NCBI GenBank assembly: GCA_041497675.1
Contig: JBGQGY010000075.1
Location: forward strand, 1-18,895
DNA from: a bacterium
Lineage (GTDB): Bacteria > Sysuimicrobiota > Sysuimicrobiia > Sysuimicrobiales > Humicultoraceae
DNA: 18,895 nt
Direction of reading: 5' to 3'
Below the pieces are notes generated by a model that had not been told where the DNA came from, did not search any database, and saw nothing but the letters and a program-made list of their open reading frames with translations. Numbering within the stretch: position 1 is the stretch's first letter; the number at the start of each line of letters is the position of its first letter. The translations under genes and the position numbers were made by a program. Shown one piece after another: positions 7,449 through 17,034 of this stretch.

Positions 7449-7533
7449 AATCGCCGAGACCAGCCGTGGCGCCGGCCCGTAGCCACCCGTACGCGGGGCG
7501 GGTCGGCGCTCGGCGTTTCGACCCTTCATCACG

Positions 7534-8403
7534 ATGAGCCTCGATATCGGGCAACTCATTCTTGCACTGCTCGAGGGCCTGACGTCGGGGTCGATCATCG
7601 CGCTCACCGCCCTCGGCCTCTCGCTGGTCTTCGGGGTCATGCGCGTCGTCAACGTTGCGCATGGCGAATTCTATATGATCGGCGCGGTAACGGCCTGGTA
7701 CGTGTCGACGGCGACGGGCAGCTTCGCGGCCGCCCTGGTCGTGGCGCCGCTCGTCGCCGGCGGCATCGCCCTGGCAGCCGAGCGTCTGGTGCTGCGGCCG
7801 CTCGAGTACAAACCCGAAGCCACGATCGTCGCCACGATCGGCATGCTCTACATCATCCAGCAGGCGGTCTTGAGCATCTACGGACCCGAAGCGCGCGCGG
7901 TCGTGGCGCCGGTGGCCTTTACGATCGAGTTCCCATGGTTCGGTTACTCGGGGTACCGACTTGTCGTCGTGGGTCTGGCGGCGTTGCTGTTGTTCGCCGT
8001 CTGGTTGCTGATCACGAAGACGACACTTGGGCTCTACATGCGCGCCACCCAGCAAGATCGCGAGATCGCCCAGGCCTTCGGCGTGCCCGTCCATCGCATC
8101 TACGCCGCGTCGTTCGCGCTTGGCGCGGTCCTCGCCGCCGTCGCCGGTGTGTTGATCGTGCCGGTGCAACAAGCGCACTACCTGATGGGCCTCGACGCGC
8201 TGCTGCTGTCGTTCATGGCCGTGATCATCGGAGGGCTCGGTAGTCTGCGGGGGACGATCGCCGCCGCGTTCTTGATCGGATTGATCGACGGCCTGGTCTC
8301 GGTGTTCTTCTCACCACCGCTCGCCCGAATCGTCGCCTCGTTGCTCGTGGCGCTGGTACTCGTCTTTCGGACCGGCGGGCTCTTGGGGGAGCAGACAGCG
8401 TGA
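7534..8403 (+). CDS. livH: HAAT-family ABC permease, LivH-like
   Basis: ALGLSLVFGVMRVVNVAHGEFYMIGA, TTLGLYMRATQQDREIAQAFGV and VIIGGLGSLRG; hydrophobic throughout. Symbol denotes family, not a proven substrate. Confidence 0.93.
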   Translation: MSLDIGQLILALLEGLTSGSIIALTALGLSLVFGVMRVVNVAHGEFYMIGAVTAWYVSTATGSFAAALVVAPLVAGGIALAAERLVLRPLEYKPEATIVATIGMLYIIQQAVLSIYGPEARAVVAPVAFTIEFPWFGYSGYRLVVVGLAALLLFAVWLLITKTTLGLYMRATQQDREIAQAFGVPVHRIYAASFALGAVLAAVAGVLIVPVQQAHYLMGLDALLLSFMAVIIGGLGSLRGTIAAAFLIGLIDGLVSVFFSPPLARIVASLLVALVLVFRTGGLLGEQTA

Positions 8404-9352
8404 CACACGCACGGCACGTGGCGATCCTGCACCTTGCCGTCGCAGCCGGCCTGTTTCTCTTGCAGTTTGTGCTACCGCCATTCCACCATGGCATGGTCGC
8501 GCGCGTCATGGTCCTGGCCGCCTTCGCGATCGGGTACAACGTCTTACTCGGCTACACCGGTCTGATGAGCCTGGGGCATGCGATGTTTTTCGCCGCCGGG
8601 ATGTACGGCACCGGGCTGACCGTCTACTACCTGCGCTTTGGCGCGGGCGAGGCCTTTCTCGCCGGCGTGATCGCCGGTGTCGTGCTTGCGGCGATCGTTG
8701 GGGCGATCACGCTGCGTACAAGCGGCGTCTCATTCCTGATCGTCACCATGATGTTCGCCCAGGTGGTCTTCCTCTCGATCCTCTACTTCAACCGCATCAC
8801 CGGCGGCGACCAGGGATTCAACCTGAGCGGACGCCTGGCCCCGTTTGCGCTCGCGGGCTTCGTCGCGCCATACTCCGACCCGCTCGTGAAGTACAACCTC
8901 GCCTTCGCGGTGTTCGTGATGTGCCTCGCCGTAAACCTGTGGCTCATCCGCTCACCGATCGGGCGTGTGCTGATCGCCATCCGTGAGAATGACGATCGCA
9001 CGCGCATGCTCGGCTATGACACGTTTCGCTACAAATGGTTCGGGCTCGTCGTCTCGGGCGCGCTGTCCGGTGCGGCCGGGTCGATGTACACACTGCTGTT
9101 CTCCTATGTCGGCGCCACGTTTGGATCGATCCTCTACTCAATCTACCCACTCCTCTGGACGCTGCTCGGCGGGGTGGGCACGGCGCTGGGGCCGCTCGTC
9201 GGCACGGGCGCGATGACCTACCTGATTGACAAGTCCAGCGAGTACACGCAAGGCTACCTGATCGTCGTCGGATTGGCGCTCGTGTTGATCATCCTGAAGT
9301 TTCCCACAGGGATCATGGGCGGCGTGCGGTCCAGGTGGTGGAAGTGGCTGCC

Positions 9353-9356
<4 letters not shown>
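8400..9356 (+). CDS. livM: HAAT-family ABC permease, LivM-like
   Basis: NVLLGYTGLMSLGHAMFF, ITGGDQG, SPIGRVLIAIREND and LLGGVGTALGPLVG. GTG start overlaps the previous stop (GTGA). Confidence 0.93.
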
Positions 9357-10095
<739 letters not shown>

Positions 10096-10099
<4 letters not shown>

Positions 10100-10824
10100 C
10101 GCTCACGGTTGATCGCATCGCGTGCGCCTATGGCGAGGCCCGCGTCCTGCACGACGTGTCGCTCGCGCTGGCGCCGGGGCACGTGCTCTCCTTGTTGGGA
10201 CGCAACGGCGCGGGCAAGACAACGATGTTGCGCGCCATCATGGGTCTGCTCCGCCCGCGGGCCGGAACCATCCGCGTGGATGATCAGGACCTCACCCGGC
10301 TGCCCGCACACGAGATCCCGCGCCTCGGCATCGCCTATGTCCCGCAGGGGCGCGGCCTCTTCCCGTTCTTGACCGTGGAAGAGAACCTCCGGATGGGACT
10401 GCTGGTGAAAGGCGCCGGGCCCGAGACGCTCGAGTCGGTCTTCGAACTCTTCCCGGTGCTCAAGGAACGCCTGCGCCAGCGCGCGGGCACGCTCTCCGGC
10501 GGCGAGCAACAGATGGTCGCGACCGCCCGGGCGCTGTGCACGAATCCGACGTATCTGTTGATGGACGAACCCACCGAAGGCCTGATGCCGATCCTGGTGC
10601 AGAGGTTGATGGACACGGTCATGACGCTCAAGACACGGGGCGTCGGGGTGTTGCTCGTCGAACAGCGGATCGACGCCGCCCTGCGCGTAGCCGATCAGGT
10701 TATCATCCTGGAGACGGGTCACGTCCGGTACGCGGGGCCGCCCGCAGGATTGGCGCAGGACGCCGACACGCTGCTCCGGTACCTCGGGGTCAGACACACG
10801 GACGAAGGGAGACACCGACTTTAG
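10096..10824 (+). CDS. livF: HAAT-family ABC ATPase, LivF-like
   Basis: Walker A GRNGAGKTT, YVPQGRGLF, LSGGEQQM, MDEPTEGL and LLVEQ. ATGA overlap with livG. Confidence 0.94.
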
Positions 10825-10842
10825 ATGAAGGGAGACATCGGC
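10801..10842 (+). repeat. Imperfect tandem duplication (19-nt unit, 23-nt period) containing the cupin RBS
   Basis: GACGAAGGGAGACACCGAC (10801-10819) versus GATGAAGGGAGACATCGGC (10824-10842); 16 of 19 positions identical. Confidence 0.75.
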
Positions 10843-10843
10843 C

Positions 10844-11290
10844 ATGACCGCAGACCGCAAGACTCGTGACGCCATCGACAGCCGCGCGGTCGAAGACCTC
10901 GACGGCATTACCGTCATCCGCGGCGGCGGGAGCGCTCGCGCCTGGAACAACATCCAGTACATGCAGGGGATGTCGGCCAAGAACGTCGGCTCGACGCACC
11001 TTTCGATCAACGTCGCCACTGTACCGCCCGGCGGGATCGCCTACGCGCACATCCACGAGGGGTTCGAGGTGATGCTGTTCATCGTCCAGGGGCGCGTGAA
11101 ACACACCTACGGCGAAAATCTGGCGGAGTCGGTCATCAACGAGGCCGGTGATTTCATCTACATCAAACCGGGCGTGCCGCACGAGGTGTTCAACATCGGC
11201 GACGAGCCGCTGGTCGCGTTCGTCGCGCGGTCGGCGGCAGACGAGTGGGACCGGATCGTCGACTATCCTTCACAACACAGACCGGCCTAG
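10844..11290 (+). CDS. Cupin-domain protein (RmlC-like) with metal-binding motif
   Basis: Motif 1 PPGGIAYAHIHEGFEVMLFIVQG and motif 2 GDFIYIKPGVPH give the His-His-Glu-His set. RBS AAGGGAG. Confidence 0.9.
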   Translation: MTADRKTRDAIDSRAVEDLDGITVIRGGGSARAWNNIQYMQGMSAKNVGSTHLSINVATVPPGGIAYAHIHEGFEVMLFIVQGRVKHTYGENLAESVINEAGDFIYIKPGVPHEVFNIGDEPLVAFVARSAADEWDRIVDYPSQHRPA

Positions 11291-11308
11291 CGGCTACTTG
11301 CCCCAGAT

Positions 11309-11593
11309 CTACCTCTCGACGGCGATACCTCTCCAGAACGCGACATGATTCTTGATGTGGGCCGCCGCCTCCTTTGGGGTGGGATAGTACCAGGCACCGT
11401 CCTTGTTCACTTTCCCATCTACGACGACATCGAAGTAACTGGCGACGCCTTTCCACGGGCACATCGTTTGTGTGACGCTGGGCTTGAAGAACTCGGCCCG
11501 GATCGACCCGGGCGGGAAGTACACGTTCCCTTCAACCTCCTCGAACACGTCGCTTTCGGCGAGCACGGTACCGTTCCATCGTGCCTTGGGCAT
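11309..11593 (-). CDS. DUF427 family protein
   Basis: MPKARWNGTVLAESD, VEGNVYFPP, TMCPWKGVASYF, AWYYPTPK and IKNHVAFW are the DUF427 pattern. ATG at 11593 follows AGGAGG. Confidence 0.92.
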   Translation of the reverse strand: MPKARWNGTVLAESDVFEEVEGNVYFPPGSIRAEFFKPSVTQTMCPWKGVASYFDVVVDGKVNKDGAWYYPTPKEAAAHIKNHVAFWRGIAVER

Positions 11594-11618
11594 GCGTCCT
11601 CCTATCGTGGTAGTCTCC

Positions 11619-13946
11619 TCAGCGTCTGAGCCACTCGACCACGCGCGGCGGGCTGATGGGCAGCGTATCCACGGGGTGACCCAACGCGTCACCGATGGCA
11701 TTCGCCACGCACGCCGGCGCGCCGATGGTAGCCGATTCGCCCATGCCTTTGAACCCGTGCACGGTGTTCGGCGATGGCGTCTCCAGGTGCACGACCGTCA
11801 CCCGGGGCGCCTCCATAGCTGTCGGGATCAGGTAGTCCATGAGGGTCGCGCTGAGCAATTGTCCCGACTCATCGTAGACCACTTCTTCCATTAACGCCTC
11901 GCCGATGCCTTGCGTCAGACCGCCGTGTGTCTGACCGTCGACGATCATCGGGTTCACCAGCGGCCCGCAGTCTCCGGCAACGACATACTTGAGGATGGCG
12001 ATATGACCCGTCTCGCGGTCGACCTCGACCATGGCCAAGTGCGCTCCGTTGCCAAACGCGGCCGGTGGGGGATCGTAGGTGCTCGACGCCGCGAGTCCCG
12101 GCTCGAGTCCCGCGGGCAGCCCCGAGGCACCCGGTGCGTGGGCCGCGCGCGCGACGTCGTGCCAGGTCACGCTGCGCCTCGGCGATCCTTTGACGAAGAA
12201 CCGGCCGCCGGCCAGCGTGACGTCCTCTGCCGACGCTTCGAGCAGGTGCGCGGCGATCTCGACGGCGCGTGTCCTGACTTTCGCCGCGGCCTGGACGAGC
12301 GCGCCGCCTCCCGACACCACCGCCCGGCTGGCGAACGTGCCGGTGCCGGTCGGGACGGTATCGGTATCGAGCGTCGCGACGGCGACGTCGGCCGGCTCGA
12401 GCCCGAGTTCCCCGGCCGCAAGTTGCGCAAAGACGGTCTGCAGCCCCTGACCCTGCGACGGGCAGGATACACCGACCTCGACGCGACCTGACGCATCGAC
12501 GGTCACCGTCGCGCTGTCGTAACCGCGCACCTCCACCATACCGCGCCGCTGAAACGTCTTCGACCCCATGCCCGTGTACTCGACGAATGTCGAGACCCCG
12601 ATCCCCACCAGCCGTCCCTGCCTCCGTAGCCGCGCCTGCTCCTGCCGCGCTTCCTCGTACGCGAACGCGTCGGCGGCGGCCCGCAGCGTCACGCCGTACC
12701 GCCCGCTGTCGTAGACGAGCCCGGTCGCTGCGGCGTACGGAAACTCGTCGGCGCCGATGAAATTCCGGTGGCGCACCTCGGCGGGATCGAGACCGGTGGC
12801 GGTTGCGAGCCGGTCCATCAGGCACTCCATCACGAACACGCCGACCGTCATCCCGACGCCACGATAGGCGCCGGCCGGACACTTGTTGGTGGCCATGGCC
12901 AGCGCGGTGTACGCATACGCCGGTACGCGGTAGGGTCCGGGCATGATCTGTACGGTGCCCATCGGCTCGAGCGCCGAGGTCGTCGGGTACGCGGAGTACG
13001 CGCCGCTGTCACACGCGACTTCGGCCCGCAGCGCAAGGATGTGACCGTCGCGGTCGGCGGCGATCGCGGCGTCGACCACCTGTTCTCGCGCCTGCGTCAT
13101 CGTCTCCAGATTCTCACGGCGATCCTCGATCCATTTCACAGGACGTTTGAGCGCGCGTGTCACGGCACACGCGACAACGTCCTCAGGATACAGGTGCATC
13201 TTCGGCCCAAACCCGCCGCCGACATCGGGAACGATCACACGCACCACACGTTCCGGCAGCCCGAGAAAGCGCGCGACACCCGACTTCAGACCGTGCGGCG
13301 TCTGGGTCGACGCCCACACGTTGAGCCGGCCGTCGGGCTGCCATGCTGCGACGATCCCGCGGCCTTCCATCGGCGCGCCGCAGAGACGCTGGTGCCGGAG
13401 CGTCGCGCGCACGGTGATGGCCGCGGCGGCGAAGGCGGCGTTGACGTCGCCCTGTCGATGATCATGGCGGAAGTACTGGTTGCCTGGCACCGCGTCGTGG
13501 ACACACGCGGCTCCGGCCCGTCGCGCCGCTTCGATCGACGCGATGACCGGCAGTGCGGCGTACTCGACCTCGACCAGATCAACCGCGTCTTCGGCCACGT
13601 ACCGATCGCGCGCCACGACGACGGCGACGGATTCGCCGACGAATCGCACCCGATCACGCGCGAGCGGCGGCCAGGCGGTCATGGCGTAGTTCTCGCCGGT
13701 GAAGTCCGCGACAATCGGCTGCATCACAAGATCGGCGGCCGTAAAGACCGCCTCGACGCCCGGAAGCGTCCTCGCCCGCGACGCGTCGATTCGCTCGAGC
13801 GCGGCGCTTGCATGCGGGGAGCGCACGAATGCCAGGTGCAGCATGCCCGGCAGCGTCAGATCGGGTACATACATTCCCCGACCCGTCAGAAGCGGCCGAT
13901 CCTCTTCTCGCCTGACCGACCGACCGATGTGCGGATTGGCCGTCAT
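11619..13946 (-). CDS. Xanthine dehydrogenase family molybdopterin-binding large subunit (active-site loop AYRGVG)
   Basis: IGRSVRREED, VRSPHA, STQTPH, DVGGGFGPK, AYRGVG, SQGQG, GTFASR, NPMIVDGQTHGG and KGMGES (catalytic Glu). Lacks the AYxCSFR loop of form I CO dehydrogenase. Confidence 0.95.
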   Translation of the reverse strand: MTANPHIGRSVRREEDRPLLTGRGMYVPDLTLPGMLHLAFVRSPHASAALERIDASRARTLPGVEAVFTAADLVMQPIVADFTGENYAMTAWPPLARDRVRFVGESVAVVVARDRYVAEDAVDLVEVEYAALPVIASIEAARRAGAACVHDAVPGNQYFRHDHRQGDVNAAFAAAAITVRATLRHQRLCGAPMEGRGIVAAWQPDGRLNVWASTQTPHGLKSGVARFLGLPERVVRVIVPDVGGGFGPKMHLYPEDVVACAVTRALKRPVKWIEDRRENLETMTQAREQVVDAAIAADRDGHILALRAEVACDSGAYSAYPTTSALEPMGTVQIMPGPYRVPAYAYTALAMATNKCPAGAYRGVGMTVGVFVMECLMDRLATATGLDPAEVRHRNFIGADEFPYAAATGLVYDSGRYGVTLRAAADAFAYEEARQEQARLRRQGRLVGIGVSTFVEYTGMGSKTFQRRGMVEVRGYDSATVTVDASGRVEVGVSCPSQGQGLQTVFAQLAAGELGLEPADVAVATLDTDTVPTGTGTFASRAVVSGGGALVQAAAKVRTRAVEIAAHLLEASAEDVTLAGGRFFVKGSPRRSVTWHDVARAAHAPGASGLPAGLEPGLAASSTYDPPPAAFGNGAHLAMVEVDRETGHIAILKYVVAGDCGPLVNPMIVDGQTHGGLTQGIGEALMEEVVYDESGQLLSATLMDYLIPTAMEAPRVTVVHLETPSPNTVHGFKGMGESATIGAPACVANAIGDALGHPVDTLPISPPRVVEWLRR

Positions 13947-16228
13947 CGGCTGCGCGCCGCCTGCCTCACCAGTGAGAGCAGGCGATCAGGAGACAGCGGC
14001 AGGTCGGTGATCTCGACCCCGAGGGGTCGCAGAGCATCCGCCACCGCGTTGCCAATCGCCGCGCCAGCCGCGGCGGTCCCGCCTTCGCCCGCACCCTTGA
14101 CGCCTAGCGGATTCAGCGGCGTTGGTGTCTCTTCAAGAATTCTCACCGTGACGTTCGCGGGCATCTCGAGAAACGTCGGCAGCAGGTAGTCCATGAACGT
14201 CACAGAGAGGGGCTGCCCGTCGTCGGCATAGGCCAGTTCTTCCAGGATGGCGCCGCCGATACCCTGCGCCAGCCCGCCCACCAGTTGACCTTCCACCAAC
14301 TTCGGGTTCACGGCCCGGCCAACATCATACGCGATGGCGTAGTCAAGGATGCTGATCGCGCCTGTCGCCGCGTCGATCTCGACCACCGCGGCATGCGCTC
14401 CGTACGGATACGTCATTTTAGTCGCCTCGTACCGATGCGACGCTTCCAGCAGACGATCGGGCGTCACGAGTTCACGAAAGGCCGCGCTCCGAGTCGGCGC
14501 TCCATTTACCCACACCCGACCGTCCTGGACCATGAGATCGTCACGCGCTGCTTCGAGGCGCGCCGCCCCTCGGTCGAGCAGCATCCCCTTCACCTTGCGC
14601 GCCGCGAACAGCACCGCGCTACCGCCCACAACCGTCACGCGGCTGCCCCATGCGCCGATGCCGGCTGCGACCGTCGTCGTGTCCCCGTGCTTCACCACGA
14701 CATCGTCGTATGCCGCGCCGAGTTCCTCCGCGCAGATCTGCGCCAGCACCGTCTCCATGCCCTGACCGACCGACGCGCCGCCCGAATAGACGGTGACGCC
14801 GCCGTCGGCGTCGACGGCCACCCGCGCCGTTTCCCACGGACCGGGTCCGGCCTTCTCGACGAAACACGCGAGACCGATCCCCAGAAAGCGCCCTTCGCCG
14901 GCTGCACGCTGCTGTTCGCGGCGCCGCCGTTCATAGTCGATCGCCGCGAGCGCCGCTTCCAGCGTCGAGACGTAGATACCGGTGTCATAGACGACCGGCT
15001 CTCCCAGGGCAAAGGTACCGATCGTGCACGGCATTGCCGTCGGTGGAATGAAGTTTCGCCGCCGGACGTCCGCCGGATCCAGACCCGTGGCTTCGGCCAG
15101 CAGATCCATGACGCGCTCGCGGACAAAATTGGACTCGAACCGCCCGGGCGACCGATAGGTCCCGGTGGGCGTCTTGTTCGTCAAGACGCACCGCACCTCA
15201 GCGTGGTAGTTCGGAATCGCATACGGCCCCGGCAGCATGGCGATCGTCAGTTCCGGCACCGACACGCCGTGCGTGCGCAGATATGCCCCCATATCAACGG
15301 CGATCCGATCAGTCAGCGCCACGATCCGGCCGTCGCGCGTCGCGCCGAGATCGACCTCATGCACCTGCTGGCGCGAGTGGTTCGCGGCCACCAGATGCTC
15401 GCGGCGGTCCTCGATCCACTTCACCGGCCGGCCGAGACGCACGGCCGCCCACGGGATCAGGAAATCCTCCGGATAGAACTCGCCGCGCACGCCAAAGCCC
15501 CCGCCGACGTCGGGCTCGACGAAGCGGATGCGGTCTTGGGGCCAGCCGAGAAAGTTCGCCAGCACCCCGCGGTTGAAGTGCGGCACCTTCGTCGGTCCCC
15601 ACACCGTCAGCAGGCCGGAAGCGTCATCGTACGAGGCAACGACCCCACGGGTCTCCATGGGCACGCCGGAGTGGCGCTGAATCGTGAAGCGTTGTCTGAT
15701 GCGCACGTCCGCGGCGGCAAGGGCGCGCTCGGGATCTCCCCTCCGCGCTTCGAGCCGATCAGCGAGATTGCTGCCCGCGGGCTCGTGGAGCAGCGGGGCG
15801 TCAACCGCAAGAGCCCGGTCGGTCGACACAATGACAGGCAAAGCCAAGTACTCAACATGTATCAGGTCGGCGGCGTCTTCCGCAGCGTAGCGGTTCGCGG
15901 CAACGACCAGCACGACGGGCTCACCGACGTATCGCACGCGATCACGTGCCAGCGCGGGCTGGAGAAACGGCGCGAGCGCAGGTTTTGCGCCAAGCCGGAT
16001 GGGGATCGTCCCGATGCCGCCCAGGTCGGCGGCGGTCGCGACCAGCGCGACACCAGGCGAACCCAATGCTACCGCGGCATCGATGCGTGCTATCTGCGCG
16101 TGCCCGTGGGGGCTGCGAAGGAGCACGGCGTGCAGGATTCCCGGCAGCCGCACGTCATCGACATAGCACCCCCGGCCCGCCAGCAGCTTGGGGTCTTCCT
16201 TCCGCTTGACCGACGCGCCGATGATCAT
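13943..16228 (-). CDS. Xanthine dehydrogenase family molybdopterin-binding large subunit (active-site loop TYRSPGR)
   Basis: IGASVKRKED, LRSPHGHA, DVGGGFGVRGE, GTYRSPGRFE, SVGQG, GAWGSR, NPKLVEGQLVGG and KGAGEG. Stop overlaps the next start (ATGA). Confidence 0.95.
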   Translation of the reverse strand: MIIGASVKRKEDPKLLAGRGCYVDDVRLPGILHAVLLRSPHGHAQIARIDAAVALGSPGVALVATAADLGGIGTIPIRLGAKPALAPFLQPALARDRVRYVGEPVVLVVAANRYAAEDAADLIHVEYLALPVIVSTDRALAVDAPLLHEPAGSNLADRLEARRGDPERALAAADVRIRQRFTIQRHSGVPMETRGVVASYDDASGLLTVWGPTKVPHFNRGVLANFLGWPQDRIRFVEPDVGGGFGVRGEFYPEDFLIPWAAVRLGRPVKWIEDRREHLVAANHSRQQVHEVDLGATRDGRIVALTDRIAVDMGAYLRTHGVSVPELTIAMLPGPYAIPNYHAEVRCVLTNKTPTGTYRSPGRFESNFVRERVMDLLAEATGLDPADVRRRNFIPPTAMPCTIGTFALGEPVVYDTGIYVSTLEAALAAIDYERRRREQQRAAGEGRFLGIGLACFVEKAGPGPWETARVAVDADGGVTVYSGGASVGQGMETVLAQICAEELGAAYDDVVVKHGDTTTVAAGIGAWGSRVTVVGGSAVLFAARKVKGMLLDRGAARLEAARDDLMVQDGRVWVNGAPTRSAAFRELVTPDRLLEASHRYEATKMTYPYGAHAAVVEIDAATGAISILDYAIAYDVGRAVNPKLVEGQLVGGLAQGIGGAILEELAYADDGQPLSVTFMDYLLPTFLEMPANVTVRILEETPTPLNPLGVKGAGEGGTAAAGAAIGNAVADALRPLGVEITDLPLSPDRLLSLVRQAARSR

Positions 16229-16233
16229 GCGGC

Positions 16234-17031
16234 TCAGACATCCATGATCGCTTTGCGTTGACCGCCGTCAAGCGTAATCCACGCGCCGTTCATATAGCTG
16301 GCGCGGGGAGACGACACGAACACGACCACCGAGGCGACTTCCTCCGGCGTACAAATGCGGCCGAGCGGCAGGCTCTTGACCGCCTGTCTACTCGCGTCGT
16401 CGAAGGACATGCCTTTGTCCCTCGCATACGCGCGCACGAGTCCATTCCAGCGCTCGGTCGCGACCGGCCCCGGGTTGACGGCGTTCACAAGGATCCCCTG
16501 CGACCCGTACTGCTCGGCGAGCGCGGCCGTCACCGCGAGATCGGCGGCGTTCGCCGCGCTCGCGGTCAGTTCCCAGTACGCGGGTTTGATCCCGTCGTTG
16601 CCGACCACGTTGACGATGCGACCGGCGCCGCGCTTGAGCAGATGCGGGACCGCGGCCTTTGCGCCGCGTACGTAACCCATGAACTTCAACTGCAGGCTGA
16701 GCTGCCACTCCTCTTCAGTGAGGTTCAGCAGCAGACCACCCGGCGAGGCGCCCGCGCAGTTCACCAGGACGTCCAGACCGCCGTAGTGCGCTGCCGCCTC
16801 GTCAACGCAGCGCTTGGCATCTTCCCACTTCATCATGTCGCCGGCAACGGTGAAGACCGGCCGGCCGGTCTCGGCGCGGATCTCCTCCGCGGTCTTTTTG
16901 AGCCCATCCTCCTGGCGAGCGCAGAGCGCCAGGACCGCGCCCTCCTTTGCGAACTCGAAGGCGCAGGCGCGGCCGATGCCCTTCGATCCCCCCGTAATCA
17001 ACACGACCATGTTCCGCAGGCCGAGGTCCAT
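16234..17031 (-). CDS. Short-chain dehydrogenase/reductase with atypical active site
   Basis: TGGSKGIG, LVNCAG, VNAVNPG, PLGR and DGG motifs; ASAAN occupies the usual YxxxK position. Confidence 0.92.
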   Translation of the reverse strand: MDLGLRNMVVLITGGSKGIGRACAFEFAKEGAVLALCARQEDGLKKTAEEIRAETGRPVFTVAGDMMKWEDAKRCVDEAAAHYGGLDVLVNCAGASPGGLLLNLTEEEWQLSLQLKFMGYVRGAKAAVPHLLKRGAGRIVNVVGNDGIKPAYWELTASAANAADLAVTAALAEQYGSQGILVNAVNPGPVATERWNGLVRAYARDKGMSFDDASRQAVKSLPLGRICTPEEVASVVVFVSSPRASYMNGAWITLDGGQRKAIMDV

Positions 17032-17034
17032 TGC

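Noticed and set aside
11619..16228. Aerobic CO dehydrogenase (coxL) assignment
   Set aside because: Neither copy has the form I AYxCSFR loop or the form II AYxGAGR loop, and no coxM/coxS/coxDEFG genes are adjacent.
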